Source: a virus (lineage: Duplodnaviria; Caudoviricetes). Taken from it: a stretch of DNA of 58,711 nucleotides. A program made the position numbers and the translations under genes. Every line of letters begins with the position of its first letter. Within the stretch, counting starts at the first letter, position 1. Under the pieces are notes generated by a model. The model saw nothing but the letters and a program-made list of their open reading frames with translations, was not told the origin of the DNA and did not search any database. Positions 9,538 to 18,426 of the stretch are shown piece by piece. Where the stretch lies: positions 1 to 58,711 of the IMG/VR virus record IMGVR_UViG_3300017784_002304; one strand, written 5' to 3'.

Positions 9538-9975
9538 TCACTCTTTGGGTTTCTGCGAGCCTTTGCTCTTTCCTATGTGGTATTTAGGACACAGTTCCCA
9601 CTCGCCCTTTTCTTTGTACGGAAGAATCTTTATCTTACTGATGGGAACCTTGTTCTCTGCTTTGCTCTTGTCCACTATCTTTACCAGTCCCCACTCTTCC
9701 AGTAGCCCTGCGATGGTGTTTCGGCGGCTAATGTCTTCAGGGGAAATGGAGGTGGGCAGATCGTCTAGGGCAAACATTTCTTTGAAGTGGACAATGTAGT
9801 ACTTGCCCTTCTTGTGGAGAATATGGCAAGACTGCCACAGTTTCTTCTCTGTCTTGGAAGAAACACCGATGCGTGTAAGGGTTTCTCGTACTTTGAGAAA
9901 ATCATCGGGTTTAACTAGACTGACCTCCAGTAGGTCTGTGGGGTCAATCGTGATGTAGCGTTCTTCTTTTTCCAT
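9538..9975 (-). CDS. regA: RegA translational repressor
   Basis: DDFLKVRETLTRIGV, LWQSCHILHKKGKYYIVHFKEMFALD, RRNTIAGLLEEWGL. Confidence 0.96.
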   Translation of the reverse strand: MEKEERYITIDPTDLLEVSLVKPDDFLKVRETLTRIGVSSKTEKKLWQSCHILHKKGKYYIVHFKEMFALDDLPTSISPEDISRRNTIAGLLEEWGLVKIVDKSKAENKVPISKIKILPYKEKGEWELCPKYHIGKSKGSQKPKE

Positions 9976-10012
9976 GCTGTGTTCACTCCTGTAGTTTGAA
10001 CAGACACGGAAC

Positions 10013-10020
10013 TATTTAGA
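10013..10020 (-). promoter_or_regulatory. T4-type late promoter motif TCTAAATA upstream of regA and the glycan island
   Basis: Lies in the gp62-regA intergenic gap; matches the TATAAATA/CTAAATA family also seen before structural genes here. Confidence 0.6.
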
Positions 10021-10413
10021 TTACTTCGCCTTTCCACCCTTTCGTGTCTCGTCCACGATCTCCTGTACCTGCTCGTCTGTGAGTACGGTGAGTGCTTCCC
10101 GTGCCTTGCGCTCGGAGAACCCGTAGTACTCCACCAAAGCCCCCACGCGAGGATCACTCTCCCGCTTCAGCCACTTGGAGAACCGCTTGCGAGGGCGAAT
10201 AGCCCCACGCAGAAAGTCAAAGTGCATCTTGGGGTCTATGTGCCCCATTCGGTTTGCTTCGTTAGCCACAAACAGAGTATCCGGAAAATACGACAAGCAA
10301 CGGGTCACCACGAACGGCGGATACGAGTGTTTCACGTATTGCTCACTCTCGTCCATCAGCGGCTGCTTGTTCACGTTGATGGCATTCAAATAATCAGTCA
10401 GTTGGTAGGTCAT
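10021..10413 (-). CDS. gp62: Clamp loader small subunit gp62
   Basis: YLNAIN, YPPFVVTRCLSYFPDT, RKRFSKW, YYGFSERKA; ATGA overlap with the gp44 stop. Confidence 0.92.
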   Translation of the reverse strand: MTYQLTDYLNAINVNKQPLMDESEQYVKHSYPPFVVTRCLSYFPDTLFVANEANRMGHIDPKMHFDFLRGAIRPRKRFSKWLKRESDPRVGALVEYYGFSERKAREALTVLTDEQVQEIVDETRKGGKAK

Positions 10414-11363
10414 TTGAACTTGCACTCCATCATCAACTGCACCAAACACGCGGTGGTGTTGATCTCTGCGTCTGCCACAAACGCGGCTTTGTACTGGTAG
10501 TCCGCAAGCACAAGAATGGCTTGTGGAATAGATCCACTCTCAAGGTTTTCGTACAGCCCGTCGTACACTCCGCGGAAAATGCGGCTGCTGTCGTTGTCCA
10601 AGTTCTCCACCACCCATTTGCGAACGCCCCCAAAGTCCTTCGTCTTCATGGCTTTCACAAGGGTCTTGATCTGCACGTCTCCCAAGGTTTGTAGGACACC
10701 CACATCAATCTTGCCGTTTACCGCATACCGTTGGAGTTCGTTCAGGGTTCGACGGAAGTCAGGGAAGTGCTTTGTGATGAGTTGGGCTACAACCTTCTCG
10801 TCGTACTGCACCCCTTCTGCCTTGAGTATTTCACACGCCCGCTTGAGAAACTGGACTGCCATACCAGGCTTCTCCTTTTGCGGAATGCGGAAGTCAATGC
10901 AGGTGCAGCGGGAGTGGAGCGGTTCAATCACTCGGTTCTTGAAGTTGCAAGTAAGAATGAACCGGCAGTTAGCGGCAAACTCCTCAATGAAACCACGCAG
11001 AGCGGGTTGCGTTGACTGTGCATTAGAGTAGTCGAACTCGTCTAGGATGACAACCTTTTTCACCCCGTCCGTAAGAGAAACGGTGGACGCAAACTGCCGA
11101 ATGCGTGTCCGTAGGGTGTCAATGTTACCGTCTTCCGAACAGTTCACCATGATCCAGTCACAGCCAAGATCGTTGCACAACGCCTTTGCAACAGAAGTCT
11201 TGCCGCAACCAGCCCCGCCCGAAAGCAGGAGGTTCTGTGCTTCGCCTCGCTCCACCATACGCGCAAACAAGTCTGCGGGTTCTGATGGTAGAATGCAGTC
11301 CTTCACGCTCTGTGGACGGTACTTCTCGCACCACAGACCTTTCACCAATTCATTAGTAGTCAC
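10410..11363 (-). CDS. gp44: Clamp loader large subunit gp44 (AAA+)
   Basis: LWCEKYRP, GAGCGKT Walker A, ILDEFD Walker B, PLHSRC; probable GTG start at 11363. Confidence 0.96.
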   Translation of the reverse strand: MTTNELVKGLWCEKYRPQSVKDCILPSEPADLFARMVERGEAQNLLLSGGAGCGKTSVAKALCNDLGCDWIMVNCSEDGNIDTLRTRIRQFASTVSLTDGVKKVVILDEFDYSNAQSTQPALRGFIEEFAANCRFILTCNFKNRVIEPLHSRCTCIDFRIPQKEKPGMAVQFLKRACEILKAEGVQYDEKVVAQLITKHFPDFRRTLNELQRYAVNGKIDVGVLQTLGDVQIKTLVKAMKTKDFGGVRKWVVENLDNDSSRIFRGVYDGLYENLESGSIPQAILVLADYQYKAAFVADAEINTTACLVQLMMECKFK

Positions 11364-11365
11364 AA

Positions 11366-12076
11366 TCAAGCCTCGTAAGAGGAGTCTCCGTTCAGGGCAA
11401 TCCAATACTTCAGTGGTTCAGTCTTGCTTGTAAAGCAACTCACAATCTTCTGTGAGATGGAAACGCTGTAGTCTCCGGAAAGAATCTTAAGATTCTCCAC
11501 ATCAAAGATGAACTCGAAAGTGGCACCCGAAGTGTTGTCTCCCACTTGAATAGAATAGAAGTTGGAAGTGGTGTCGGTCTTGTCCACCACCGCCAGTTCA
11601 ATCTTCTCCCCGTCATCCGAAGACCGCACACACAGGTGCTGCACTTGCAGAACCGATGCTGCCTTTGCAGCGTCCGAAAAGTCCTTGGACTTCAGATCGA
11701 ACTGTACCACAGCGTCGGGCATGGTGATCTTCTTGTTTGTGGAAGTCACCAAGTTCTGCGCACAGTAGTAGTACCGCACACTGGATCCACCGCTCTTCAC
11801 CGTGACGAAACTCTCGTCAAAGACGAAGTCAGGATCCTTGAACAGACTAACCGTGCCAAGGAACTTGTTCAGATCCCAAATAGCAAACTGCCGTGGGAAT
11901 GTTTCGTCCACATGGGCTTCAGCCAGTATGTTCTTCGTGGACGAAAGGGTGGTCAGTACATTCCCCTCGTTCACTAGAATTCCTGAGTTGATGGTCGAGA
12001 AATTCTTCAGGATGTCCAAGGTTCGCTTGGAAATCTTGATGCCGGTTTCACTCTTCGTCTTCGTAGCCATAGTCAT
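11366..12076 (-). CDS. gp45: Sliding clamp gp45
   Basis: ISKRTLDILKNFSTINSGI, FAIWDLNKFL, ENLKILSGDY, YWIAL; start at ATG 12076 with AAGGA upstream. Confidence 0.95.
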   Translation of the reverse strand: MTMATKTKSETGIKISKRTLDILKNFSTINSGILVNEGNVLTTLSSTKNILAEAHVDETFPRQFAIWDLNKFLGTVSLFKDPDFVFDESFVTVKSGGSSVRYYYCAQNLVTSTNKKITMPDAVVQFDLKSKDFSDAAKAASVLQVQHLCVRSSDDGEKIELAVVDKTDTTSNFYSIQVGDNTSGATFEFIFDVENLKILSGDYSVSISQKIVSCFTSKTEPLKYWIALNGDSSYEA

Positions 12077-12233
12077 CACGCGTATCCTTTCGACCTGCAT
12101 TGAGGTCATCCACAATGTCCTTTAGGTGCTTCTTCTCTTCGGATCGTCGCGCACTCTTATGCTTGCGATCCACACTCTTCCACGCTTTCTTTGCGCGGGT
12201 GTCTGCTTGGGTTCTCCACTCTTTGTTGCTCAT
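12048..12233 (-). CDS. Small charged hypothetical protein (61 aa)
   Basis: Fills the rnh-gp45 gap with a TGATG overlap on the rnh stop; basic N-terminus, acidic C-terminus. Confidence 0.6.
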   Translation of the reverse strand: MSNKEWRTQADTRAKKAWKSVDRKHKSARRSEEKKHLKDIVDDLNAGRKDTRDDYGYEDEE

Positions 12234-13081
12234 CAGAAGTCTCCGATATCCTCCATAAGATTGCGAAGCCCGTTCTCTATCATGTAGTCAAGAATCTTTC
12301 CACGTAAGGGAATGAAGGGCTTATTCCATTCCTCTTCAATTTTTTCTACCTGCTTGGGGGGAAGGTTCAGCAGGTCAATAAGGGTTTCATTGCGATTCCA
12401 CGCGATCCGATACTTCTCTTGAACGTGACCGTACTCGCGGATGAACTCCAGTAGTTCCTTCATGCGCTTGCCTGTGAGCGGGTGCTGCCGCTTGCCGTCC
12501 ACCACAAAGCAATCGTCTTCGGACAGGATATTTGGAACACCGTCAGAGGAGTCGCCCTTGATGATATGCTCCATCAAGAACTGCTTGGGATTCTCCACTT
12601 CCACAAACTTCTTTTGTAGGGGAGAGAACTGTGCCACTCCAGGAAAGATGTGGAGTTGACTAAAGTCCTTGTCTCCACTCAAAATGAGTACCTTCTCGGT
12701 AGCATGGAATCGCTTTGCAAGGTACGCAATAATGTCGTCTGCCTCGCATCCACTCACACCCATAGTGCGATACGGAAACACTTCTCGGATCTCGTCTCGC
12801 ACCGTGTTCAGAATGCGGTAGAACTCGTCCCACTTGTGCTCATCGTCCTTGCGAGCCTGGCGGCGATTGGCTTTGTATTGGGGAAAGAATTCTCGTCGCC
12901 AAGACTGACCGGAGTCATTGCAGATCACAAGTTCACCGTACTCTCGGTGAAACTTTTTACGATAGGTTCGATACGTGTTCAGCACAATGTGACGAACCAA
13001 TCGCTCGTCAATCTTGCCAACGTCTCGTTCCTGCGCAAAGATGGACGACATTAGAACCTGCGAGTTGTCAACTAGAATCAT
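12233..13081 (-). CDS. rnh: T4-type RNase H / 5'-3' exonuclease
   Basis: MILVDNSQ, WRREFFPQYKANR, EADDIIA, ILSGDKDFSQL, KGDSSDGVPN. Confidence 0.93.
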   Translation of the reverse strand: MILVDNSQVLMSSIFAQERDVGKIDERLVRHIVLNTYRTYRKKFHREYGELVICNDSGQSWRREFFPQYKANRRQARKDDEHKWDEFYRILNTVRDEIREVFPYRTMGVSGCEADDIIAYLAKRFHATEKVLILSGDKDFSQLHIFPGVAQFSPLQKKFVEVENPKQFLMEHIIKGDSSDGVPNILSEDDCFVVDGKRQHPLTGKRMKELLEFIREYGHVQEKYRIAWNRNETLIDLLNLPPKQVEKIEEEWNKPFIPLRGKILDYMIENGLRNLMEDIGDF

Positions 13082-14187
13082 TGCTGTACCTGTAGGATGA
13101 GGCAGTGCTTGTTGATGCGACCGTTTGCCTCTGCGGTCTTTGTCTTCAAACCACTCAAATACCGAACCGCTGCGGTGAATGTCTTACGGCATCCACCCTT
13201 GTTGCTCAAGAAATCATCAGGCTTACGCAACCGCTTCTCAAAGGACTTGTTGCTGTCTACACCAATCACGGTGCTGCCCTTTACTTGCAGACCCGTCTTT
13301 GGCTCGACGGCAACAAGAACCTTTGCTGTGCGGGTGAGTGTGTTGTACACGATGAGTCCCTGTGCACCAACAATACCAGACGGCACCACAGAAACAAGTC
13401 CTGACTGGTCACATTTGGGCAGATAGTTCAGTTTCTTTACTTGCTGCTCGGGCGGCTTCACCTTCCGCTTTCGGGGTTTGCGCATGGTGCGCATGACTCC
13501 CATGCGGTCTTGAATTACCTGTACCGAGGTTTCAAATATAGAAGTCAACTGCTCCAACTGCTTGGGCTTCATATACGAATACCCTTCCACCAAATCCGGA
13601 TCAGTGCCGTCACAGGCGGCTCGTAGATCGGCGGCAGTTCGACGCAGACGTTCGCAAATAATGGACGCGATTGGTCCCGTCATTTCCGTGTTGCGAACCC
13701 ACTTTACAAGCGGCTCCTGCTTTGCTTTTCCGGTCTGAACGCAGTCAATACTTGCGTCAATCACGGGTTCAAGCACACACAGAAGCCCGTCTGCCTTTGC
13801 CTTTACCCTGTCTTGGACATTGGGTCGGTCAGCCCCTTCTGTGGGGGGCGGGGATGCCCGCTCTGCCTCTTGGAGCAGTTCCCCCAACCATTTGCCCATG
13901 TTCTCCTTGTGAGCGTCAGGAAGGGGGAATCCCCGCACCGCAAGGCGGCAATACGGTGCCAATATGCGCAGGGTGGACTTGCTGCCCTTGTGACACACCT
14001 TTGCCCCATCGGGGTTGCCGTTTGCTTTCAAATAGTCTGCCACCCACTCCCGTGCGCTTGCAGGCTTGAAGTTCTCCCTGTACCAGTACAAGCACCGCTC
14101 CAGTACGCTCTCTGCCTCATCGGGGGAAACAGAAGCGTCAAAGATAGGCTCTGACAGGAGGCGTTGACGAGACGATTGGCGTGTCAT
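13078..14187 (-). CDS. Hypothetical protein (about 369 aa), T4-like phage type
   Basis: Long ORF coupled by ATGA overlaps to gp46 and rnh; motifs DLVEGYS, KPRKRK, VKGSTVIG, LRKP, NGRIN. Confidence 0.75.
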   Translation of the reverse strand: MTRQSSRQRLLSEPIFDASVSPDEAESVLERCLYWYRENFKPASAREWVADYLKANGNPDGAKVCHKGSKSTLRILAPYCRLAVRGFPLPDAHKENMGKWLGELLQEAERASPPPTEGADRPNVQDRVKAKADGLLCVLEPVIDASIDCVQTGKAKQEPLVKWVRNTEMTGPIASIICERLRRTAADLRAACDGTDPDLVEGYSYMKPKQLEQLTSIFETSVQVIQDRMGVMRTMRKPRKRKVKPPEQQVKKLNYLPKCDQSGLVSVVPSGIVGAQGLIVYNTLTRTAKVLVAVEPKTGLQVKGSTVIGVDSNKSFEKRLRKPDDFLSNKGGCRKTFTAAVRYLSGLKTKTAEANGRINKHCLILQVQQ

Positions 14188-15902
14188 GGTGAGCATAGTT
14201 TGCTGAAGTTGTTGACCTTCTTGTATACTAGCACATTACCGAACTTGTCAAGCAACTGGTCAGATTTATGACTGATGATGAATATGTTGTTTGAGCCGCC
14301 CATGCTTTGAAGTATTTTAATCACCTCTTCTGTGCCCACCGCGTCCAACGACGAATCAAATACTTCATCCAGTATGAGCAGATTGGTGTTTGCGCTATTT
14401 TTCATTCGAGCAATATCTCGCCACGCCAGTAGCAGACTCAAATCAATACGCAATTTTTCACCCTCACTGAAGTTGTCGTACGAGAACTCGTCACGATACC
14501 GACTCTTGATTACTTCGGTGAAGTCTTCAGTCAGAGTGAATTGGGCAAAGAAGTCCATTGTGACAAGATACTTGTTGATTATCTTGTTCAGTGCGGGAAT
14601 GTACTTGCGAATGATCTTGCGCTTGATGCCGCTGTCCTTCAACAGGATGGTGGCAACATCCATTGTGTGGGCACTCTCCACAAAACTCTTTCGGTCGCCT
14701 TCCAAAGCGTCTCGACCACTCTCCAATTCTTGAAGCGCGGTCTTCTCGTCGTCTACCCCGCTCTTGTCTTTTTCAGTGGTTCCGATCAGATCAGTCAACT
14801 GCTTGATGTATCGCTTGTGTGCAGCAATGTCCGAGTCCACTTCGCCCATGCTTGTCTTTGCGTCACTGATCTCGCTCAAGACTGTATTGGTCTTCTTGAT
14901 GCCTTCGTTTGCAGTGCTAATCATTCCTGCAATCTTGTCAATGCCCTCTTGCAGTTCGCTCTGTCGGGTCTTCTTCTTTGCAATCATGTCTTCACGGAAG
15001 TCGTGTGCCAGCCCGCTGCGGCAAACCGGACACTCTTCGTTGTCGTGATAGAAGCCCTCTTCTTCCTTTGCTTTTCGCATCGCGCTTTCCATGTTCTTTC
15101 GCACGGACACCATCTGCGAAAGGCTGTCCCGTTGCTTGTCCATAGAAGCCACACTGTCGCTCAGACTGGCAATCTGTGACTGCAACGCGATCTTCTTTTC
15201 CAGCAGTGCTTCAAGCGCGGCTTTGTCTTCGTTCAATTTCTTTGTGTACGAAGCAATCTGCTCGTCTGCTTTCTTCTGGATCATGTCAATCACATTCCGC
15301 TTGTTTGCGATCTTCATGTCCACCATCTTCAGTTCGCTCTCGATTTCTCGTAGTCGATCCTTTGTTTCAAGAATACGAGTCTTGAGAATATCGTTCATTT
15401 TGGAGAACACATCAATGTCCAACAGGTTCTCCACCACGGTGCGCCGATCCGCAGCAGACAACCGCATGAACGGCACATAGTTTGTCGATCCCAAGATGAC
15501 CACCTGGCAGAAGGTCTTGTAGTTCATCTTGAGAATTTGGGTTTCAAGAATGGACTGGTAGTCCTTCACCGTGGCAGTGTGATCCACCACAACACCGTCT
15601 CGTTCAATGCTGAACACCTTTGGTGCAATGCCACGAGTCACCTTGTACGAGTTGCCGTTGGTACTGAACTCAATCTCCACAACGCAGTCCCTGTTGTTGA
15701 TGGTGTTCACCAACTGGGGCAGGTTGATGTTTCTGAACGGCTTGCCGTACAGCACAAAGGTGAGTGCGTCCAACATGGTAGTCTTGCCTGCACCGTTTTC
15801 TCCACACACCAAAGTGGTGGACGCTTTGTCCAACTGCACCTCCGTGAAGTGGTTGCCAGTGCTGAGAAGATTCTTCCAACGGATCTTTGTAAAGGTGATC
15901 AT
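14184..15902 (-). CDS. gp46: Recombination nuclease ATPase subunit gp46 (Rad50/SbcC-like)
   Basis: GENGAGKTT, CPVC zinc hook, FSEGEK signature, LILDEVFD, ISH. Confidence 0.97.
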   Translation of the reverse strand: MITFTKIRWKNLLSTGNHFTEVQLDKASTTLVCGENGAGKTTMLDALTFVLYGKPFRNINLPQLVNTINNRDCVVEIEFSTNGNSYKVTRGIAPKVFSIERDGVVVDHTATVKDYQSILETQILKMNYKTFCQVVILGSTNYVPFMRLSAADRRTVVENLLDIDVFSKMNDILKTRILETKDRLREIESELKMVDMKIANKRNVIDMIQKKADEQIASYTKKLNEDKAALEALLEKKIALQSQIASLSDSVASMDKQRDSLSQMVSVRKNMESAMRKAKEEEGFYHDNEECPVCRSGLAHDFREDMIAKKKTRQSELQEGIDKIAGMISTANEGIKKTNTVLSEISDAKTSMGEVDSDIAAHKRYIKQLTDLIGTTEKDKSGVDDEKTALQELESGRDALEGDRKSFVESAHTMDVATILLKDSGIKRKIIRKYIPALNKIINKYLVTMDFFAQFTLTEDFTEVIKSRYRDEFSYDNFSEGEKLRIDLSLLLAWRDIARMKNSANTNLLILDEVFDSSLDAVGTEEVIKILQSMGGSNNIFIISHKSDQLLDKFGNVLVYKKVNNFSKLCSP

Positions 15903-16960
15903 ACTTTAGCGTTCTGATTCAGTGACTCTGCGTACAGTTCACGGATCAAGTCCTTCAACGATTGGGCATTACCAAGAGACTCCATGCTGTCAATCTCTTT
16001 GTTGATGGTTGCAAGTGTGTCCTCGGTTAAATCAACGGTATCCGTGCTTTCGTTGGTGTCAACCATCGCGTTGTCGATGATGGTGACTCCTTCGGGCTGC
16101 GCGGCGTAAAGGGAGTCCACAAATTTCTCAAACAGGTACGGCTTGGTCTTCTTCTCCACCACCACGCGCACAAAGTGCCCCCGTACCTTTTCTTCGGGAA
16201 CGGTAAGCATTTCCGTCTGCTCCAGTTCGGAGTCATCGTAAGTAATCTTCGTGAAAATGGCATACGGATTCACGACAAACTCAAGTTTGCCGCTTTCCGT
16301 GTCCAAGATGTGAAAGCCTTTCTTCTCGCCGTAATCAGACATGGTGATCTGATACGGACACCCCAAGTAGTGGATGTTGTCTTTGCTGTGGCGAGTGTGA
16401 AAGTGCCCGGTGTACACTGCCTTGAATCGGGCAAACGGGTCAGACTTCATTCCCCCCTGGAAGGTGGAGTTGCGCATGACTTGGAATCCGTCCAGTTCAA
16501 GGTGACCACACAAAACTTCTGCGTCACAGGACTTCACAAACTCCATAGACTCTGCTTCGTTCTCCTTGTTGATCCACGGCAGCAGAGCAATCTTCATGGA
16601 GTCAAACTGGACCACCGTGGGCTTCTCGTACACGGTGAACGCGTCGTAGAACAGTTCCCGTAGCGAGTTCACATCGCTGCGATTCTTGAAGAAGATGTCG
16701 TGGTTTCCGAGAATACAGTGCATCTGCAAACCGTGGTCATGCAGTTCCTGTACGAACCCCTTGCGAACAGCGTTGAGTGTAGAGAAGTTCACGAACTTGC
16801 GGCGATCCAAGAAGTCGCCCAAGTGGATGATGGTTGTGATTCCCTCTGCTTGAAGGCGGGGAAAGAACACCCGCTTGTAAAACCGAAGGAAGTGTTCTAG
16901 GAACACTGGAGAGTCTGATCGGGCACCAAAGTGGGTGTCCGCTAGGATGGCTATCTTCAC
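15899..16960 (-). CDS. gp47: Recombination nuclease subunit gp47 (Mre11/SbcD-like)
   Basis: DTHFG, GDFLDRR, GNHD, GHLE, GHFH metallophosphoesterase motifs. Confidence 0.97.
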   Translation of the reverse strand: MKIAILADTHFGARSDSPVFLEHFLRFYKRVFFPRLQAEGITTIIHLGDFLDRRKFVNFSTLNAVRKGFVQELHDHGLQMHCILGNHDIFFKNRSDVNSLRELFYDAFTVYEKPTVVQFDSMKIALLPWINKENEAESMEFVKSCDAEVLCGHLELDGFQVMRNSTFQGGMKSDPFARFKAVYTGHFHTRHSKDNIHYLGCPYQITMSDYGEKKGFHILDTESGKLEFVVNPYAIFTKITYDDSELEQTEMLTVPEEKVRGHFVRVVVEKKTKPYLFEKFVDSLYAAQPEGVTIIDNAMVDTNESTDTVDLTEDTLATINKEIDSMESLGNAQSLKDLIRELYAESLNQNAKV

Positions 16961-17565
16961 TTCTTGCCTTTCGCCTTCTTCTTTGGTTTCGTCTTTACTT
17001 TTGTCTTTGGAGACGGCTTTGATGCCTTTGGTTTACTCTTCTTCTTTGGTTCAGGCTTTGGCTCTTCCTTTTCTTTCTTGCCAAAGTTGTTTATGTCCGT
17101 CTCCGTGAGGAAGGTTGCGTTTGTTTCAAAGTTGTCGCCCACCTTGAGGTAGTTGTCCCGTATCCAGTTCCGCATCTGCGAATCCACGTCGCTCATTTCA
17201 ATCTTCTTCAGTTTGATGTACGCTTGTTTCTTCTCCTTCTGTATGCGACGGAGAAACGCGTAGTAGATGATCTGCGTAAAGTACGAGAACGGGTTCTTTG
17301 ACTTTCTAGGATCAAAATTGTACGCGTACAGCAGACAGTTCTCTATGCCGTCAGAGATCATCTCGTCACGATACGGGTAGTTGATGAAGTTGGGCTTGCG
17401 AGACAGATGCTCTGCAATCTTCATAAAGCACTCGCCAATGTAATGGGTGACTGGAGGATGGGGTAGTTCAGCAGCGTCTGCTGCGTCTACCTGTTTTCTC
17501 CACTCACTCATTTCTGTAAAGAAAAGATCGTTGTCTATGTAGTGGTCGCGTTTCTTTTTTGCCAT
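16957..17565 (-). CDS. gp55: Late-transcription sigma factor gp55
   Basis: HYIDN, YIGECFMKIA, NFINYPYRDEMISDGIENC, NPFSYFTQIIYYAFLRRIQKEKKQ. Confidence 0.96.
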   Translation of the reverse strand: MAKKKRDHYIDNDLFFTEMSEWRKQVDAADAAELPHPPVTHYIGECFMKIAEHLSRKPNFINYPYRDEMISDGIENCLLYAYNFDPRKSKNPFSYFTQIIYYAFLRRIQKEKKQAYIKLKKIEMSDVDSQMRNWIRDNYLKVGDNFETNATFLTETDINNFGKKEKEEPKPEPKKKSKPKASKPSPKTKVKTKPKKKAKGKK

Positions 17566-17581
17566 GATGTTCCTTTCACAC

Positions 17582-17609
17582 AGAGTATCGTGTCATTCAG
17601 GCTTGTCAA
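17582..17609 (-). promoter_or_regulatory. Sigma70-like promoter TTGACA-N16-TACTCT upstream of gp55
   Basis: Perfect -35 at 17609-17604 and a TAnnnT -10 at 17587-17582, just before the gp55 RBS (AAGGA). Confidence 0.55.
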
Positions 17610-18426
17610 GCCCTTCGTCCTTTTTCTTGTCATCCAAATAGTCACGAACAAAAGGCGACCAGTCGTTTGGCTTGTTGCCAAACTTGGGATCGCTCTTCTG
17701 TTTTTCGTTCGGTTCTTTCCAGTCGTTCTTGGAAATCTTCTCGTGTTTTGTTGGTGGCTTGGGCTTCCGCTTGCGAGGCATCTCGTCTTCTTCGTCCATT
17801 ATTTCATCAAGGAATTCGCCCGTGAGGAAGTCCTGAACACTGTCTCGCAGATAGTCCATGAAACCGTTTTCAATCCACGCTTCCATGATGTCCTTTGGTA
17901 TGCCAATAGAGAACACTATATTTGAAGGCGGCACTAAAGGATTAGGAGTTGGGGGAGGAGAGATGCCTTCTTTCTCGTACTGGCTCATCAATCGCTCTAC
18001 CTCGTCCTCCAATTCCTTTCTCTCTTCTTCGGTCATCTTGAAAGGATTAGCCGATGGCTTGAACGAAGGAGCGGCTGCACTAGGCTGTGATTCGTCCGCA
18101 GTGGCAGGAGGAGGAGCGTCTTTGGTGTCTTCCATCTCCAGTTGCCGAGAGTACAGTTTGCTGATCTCGGGCGATGGATCAAAGTCCACCAGTACAAAGT
18201 CCTGTGGTATCTCTGCGTTGAGAGAACTGGTACACCCCAACCAGTCCGCAAAGTACGTGACTTGGCGACGAGCACCAGTGTACGGGTCTGCCTGAACAGC
18301 GTTCACCACTCGCATGGGGCGTTGCAGTTTGATCTTGTCCTTTGTCTTGCCCGCGTATCGTGCCACGATCTCTTCTCCGCTGCGCAGTTTGTACACGCGT
18401 AGTTCAGACTTCTTTCGGGATCTCAT
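17593..18426 (-). CDS. Hypothetical protein: N-terminal Sm-like-type domain plus low-complexity C-terminus
   Basis: KLRSGEEIVA motif typical of the gene between uvsW and gp55 in T4-like phages; Pro/acidic-rich remainder. Confidence 0.65.
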   Translation of the reverse strand: MRSRKKSELRVYKLRSGEEIVARYAGKTKDKIKLQRPMRVVNAVQADPYTGARRQVTYFADWLGCTSSLNAEIPQDFVLVDFDPSPEISKLYSRQLEMEDTKDAPPPATADESQPSAAAPSFKPSANPFKMTEEERKELEDEVERLMSQYEKEGISPPPTPNPLVPPSNIVFSIGIPKDIMEAWIENGFMDYLRDSVQDFLTGEFLDEIMDEEDEMPRKRKPKPPTKHEKISKNDWKEPNEKQKSDPKFGNKPNDWSPFVRDYLDDKKKDEGLDKPE

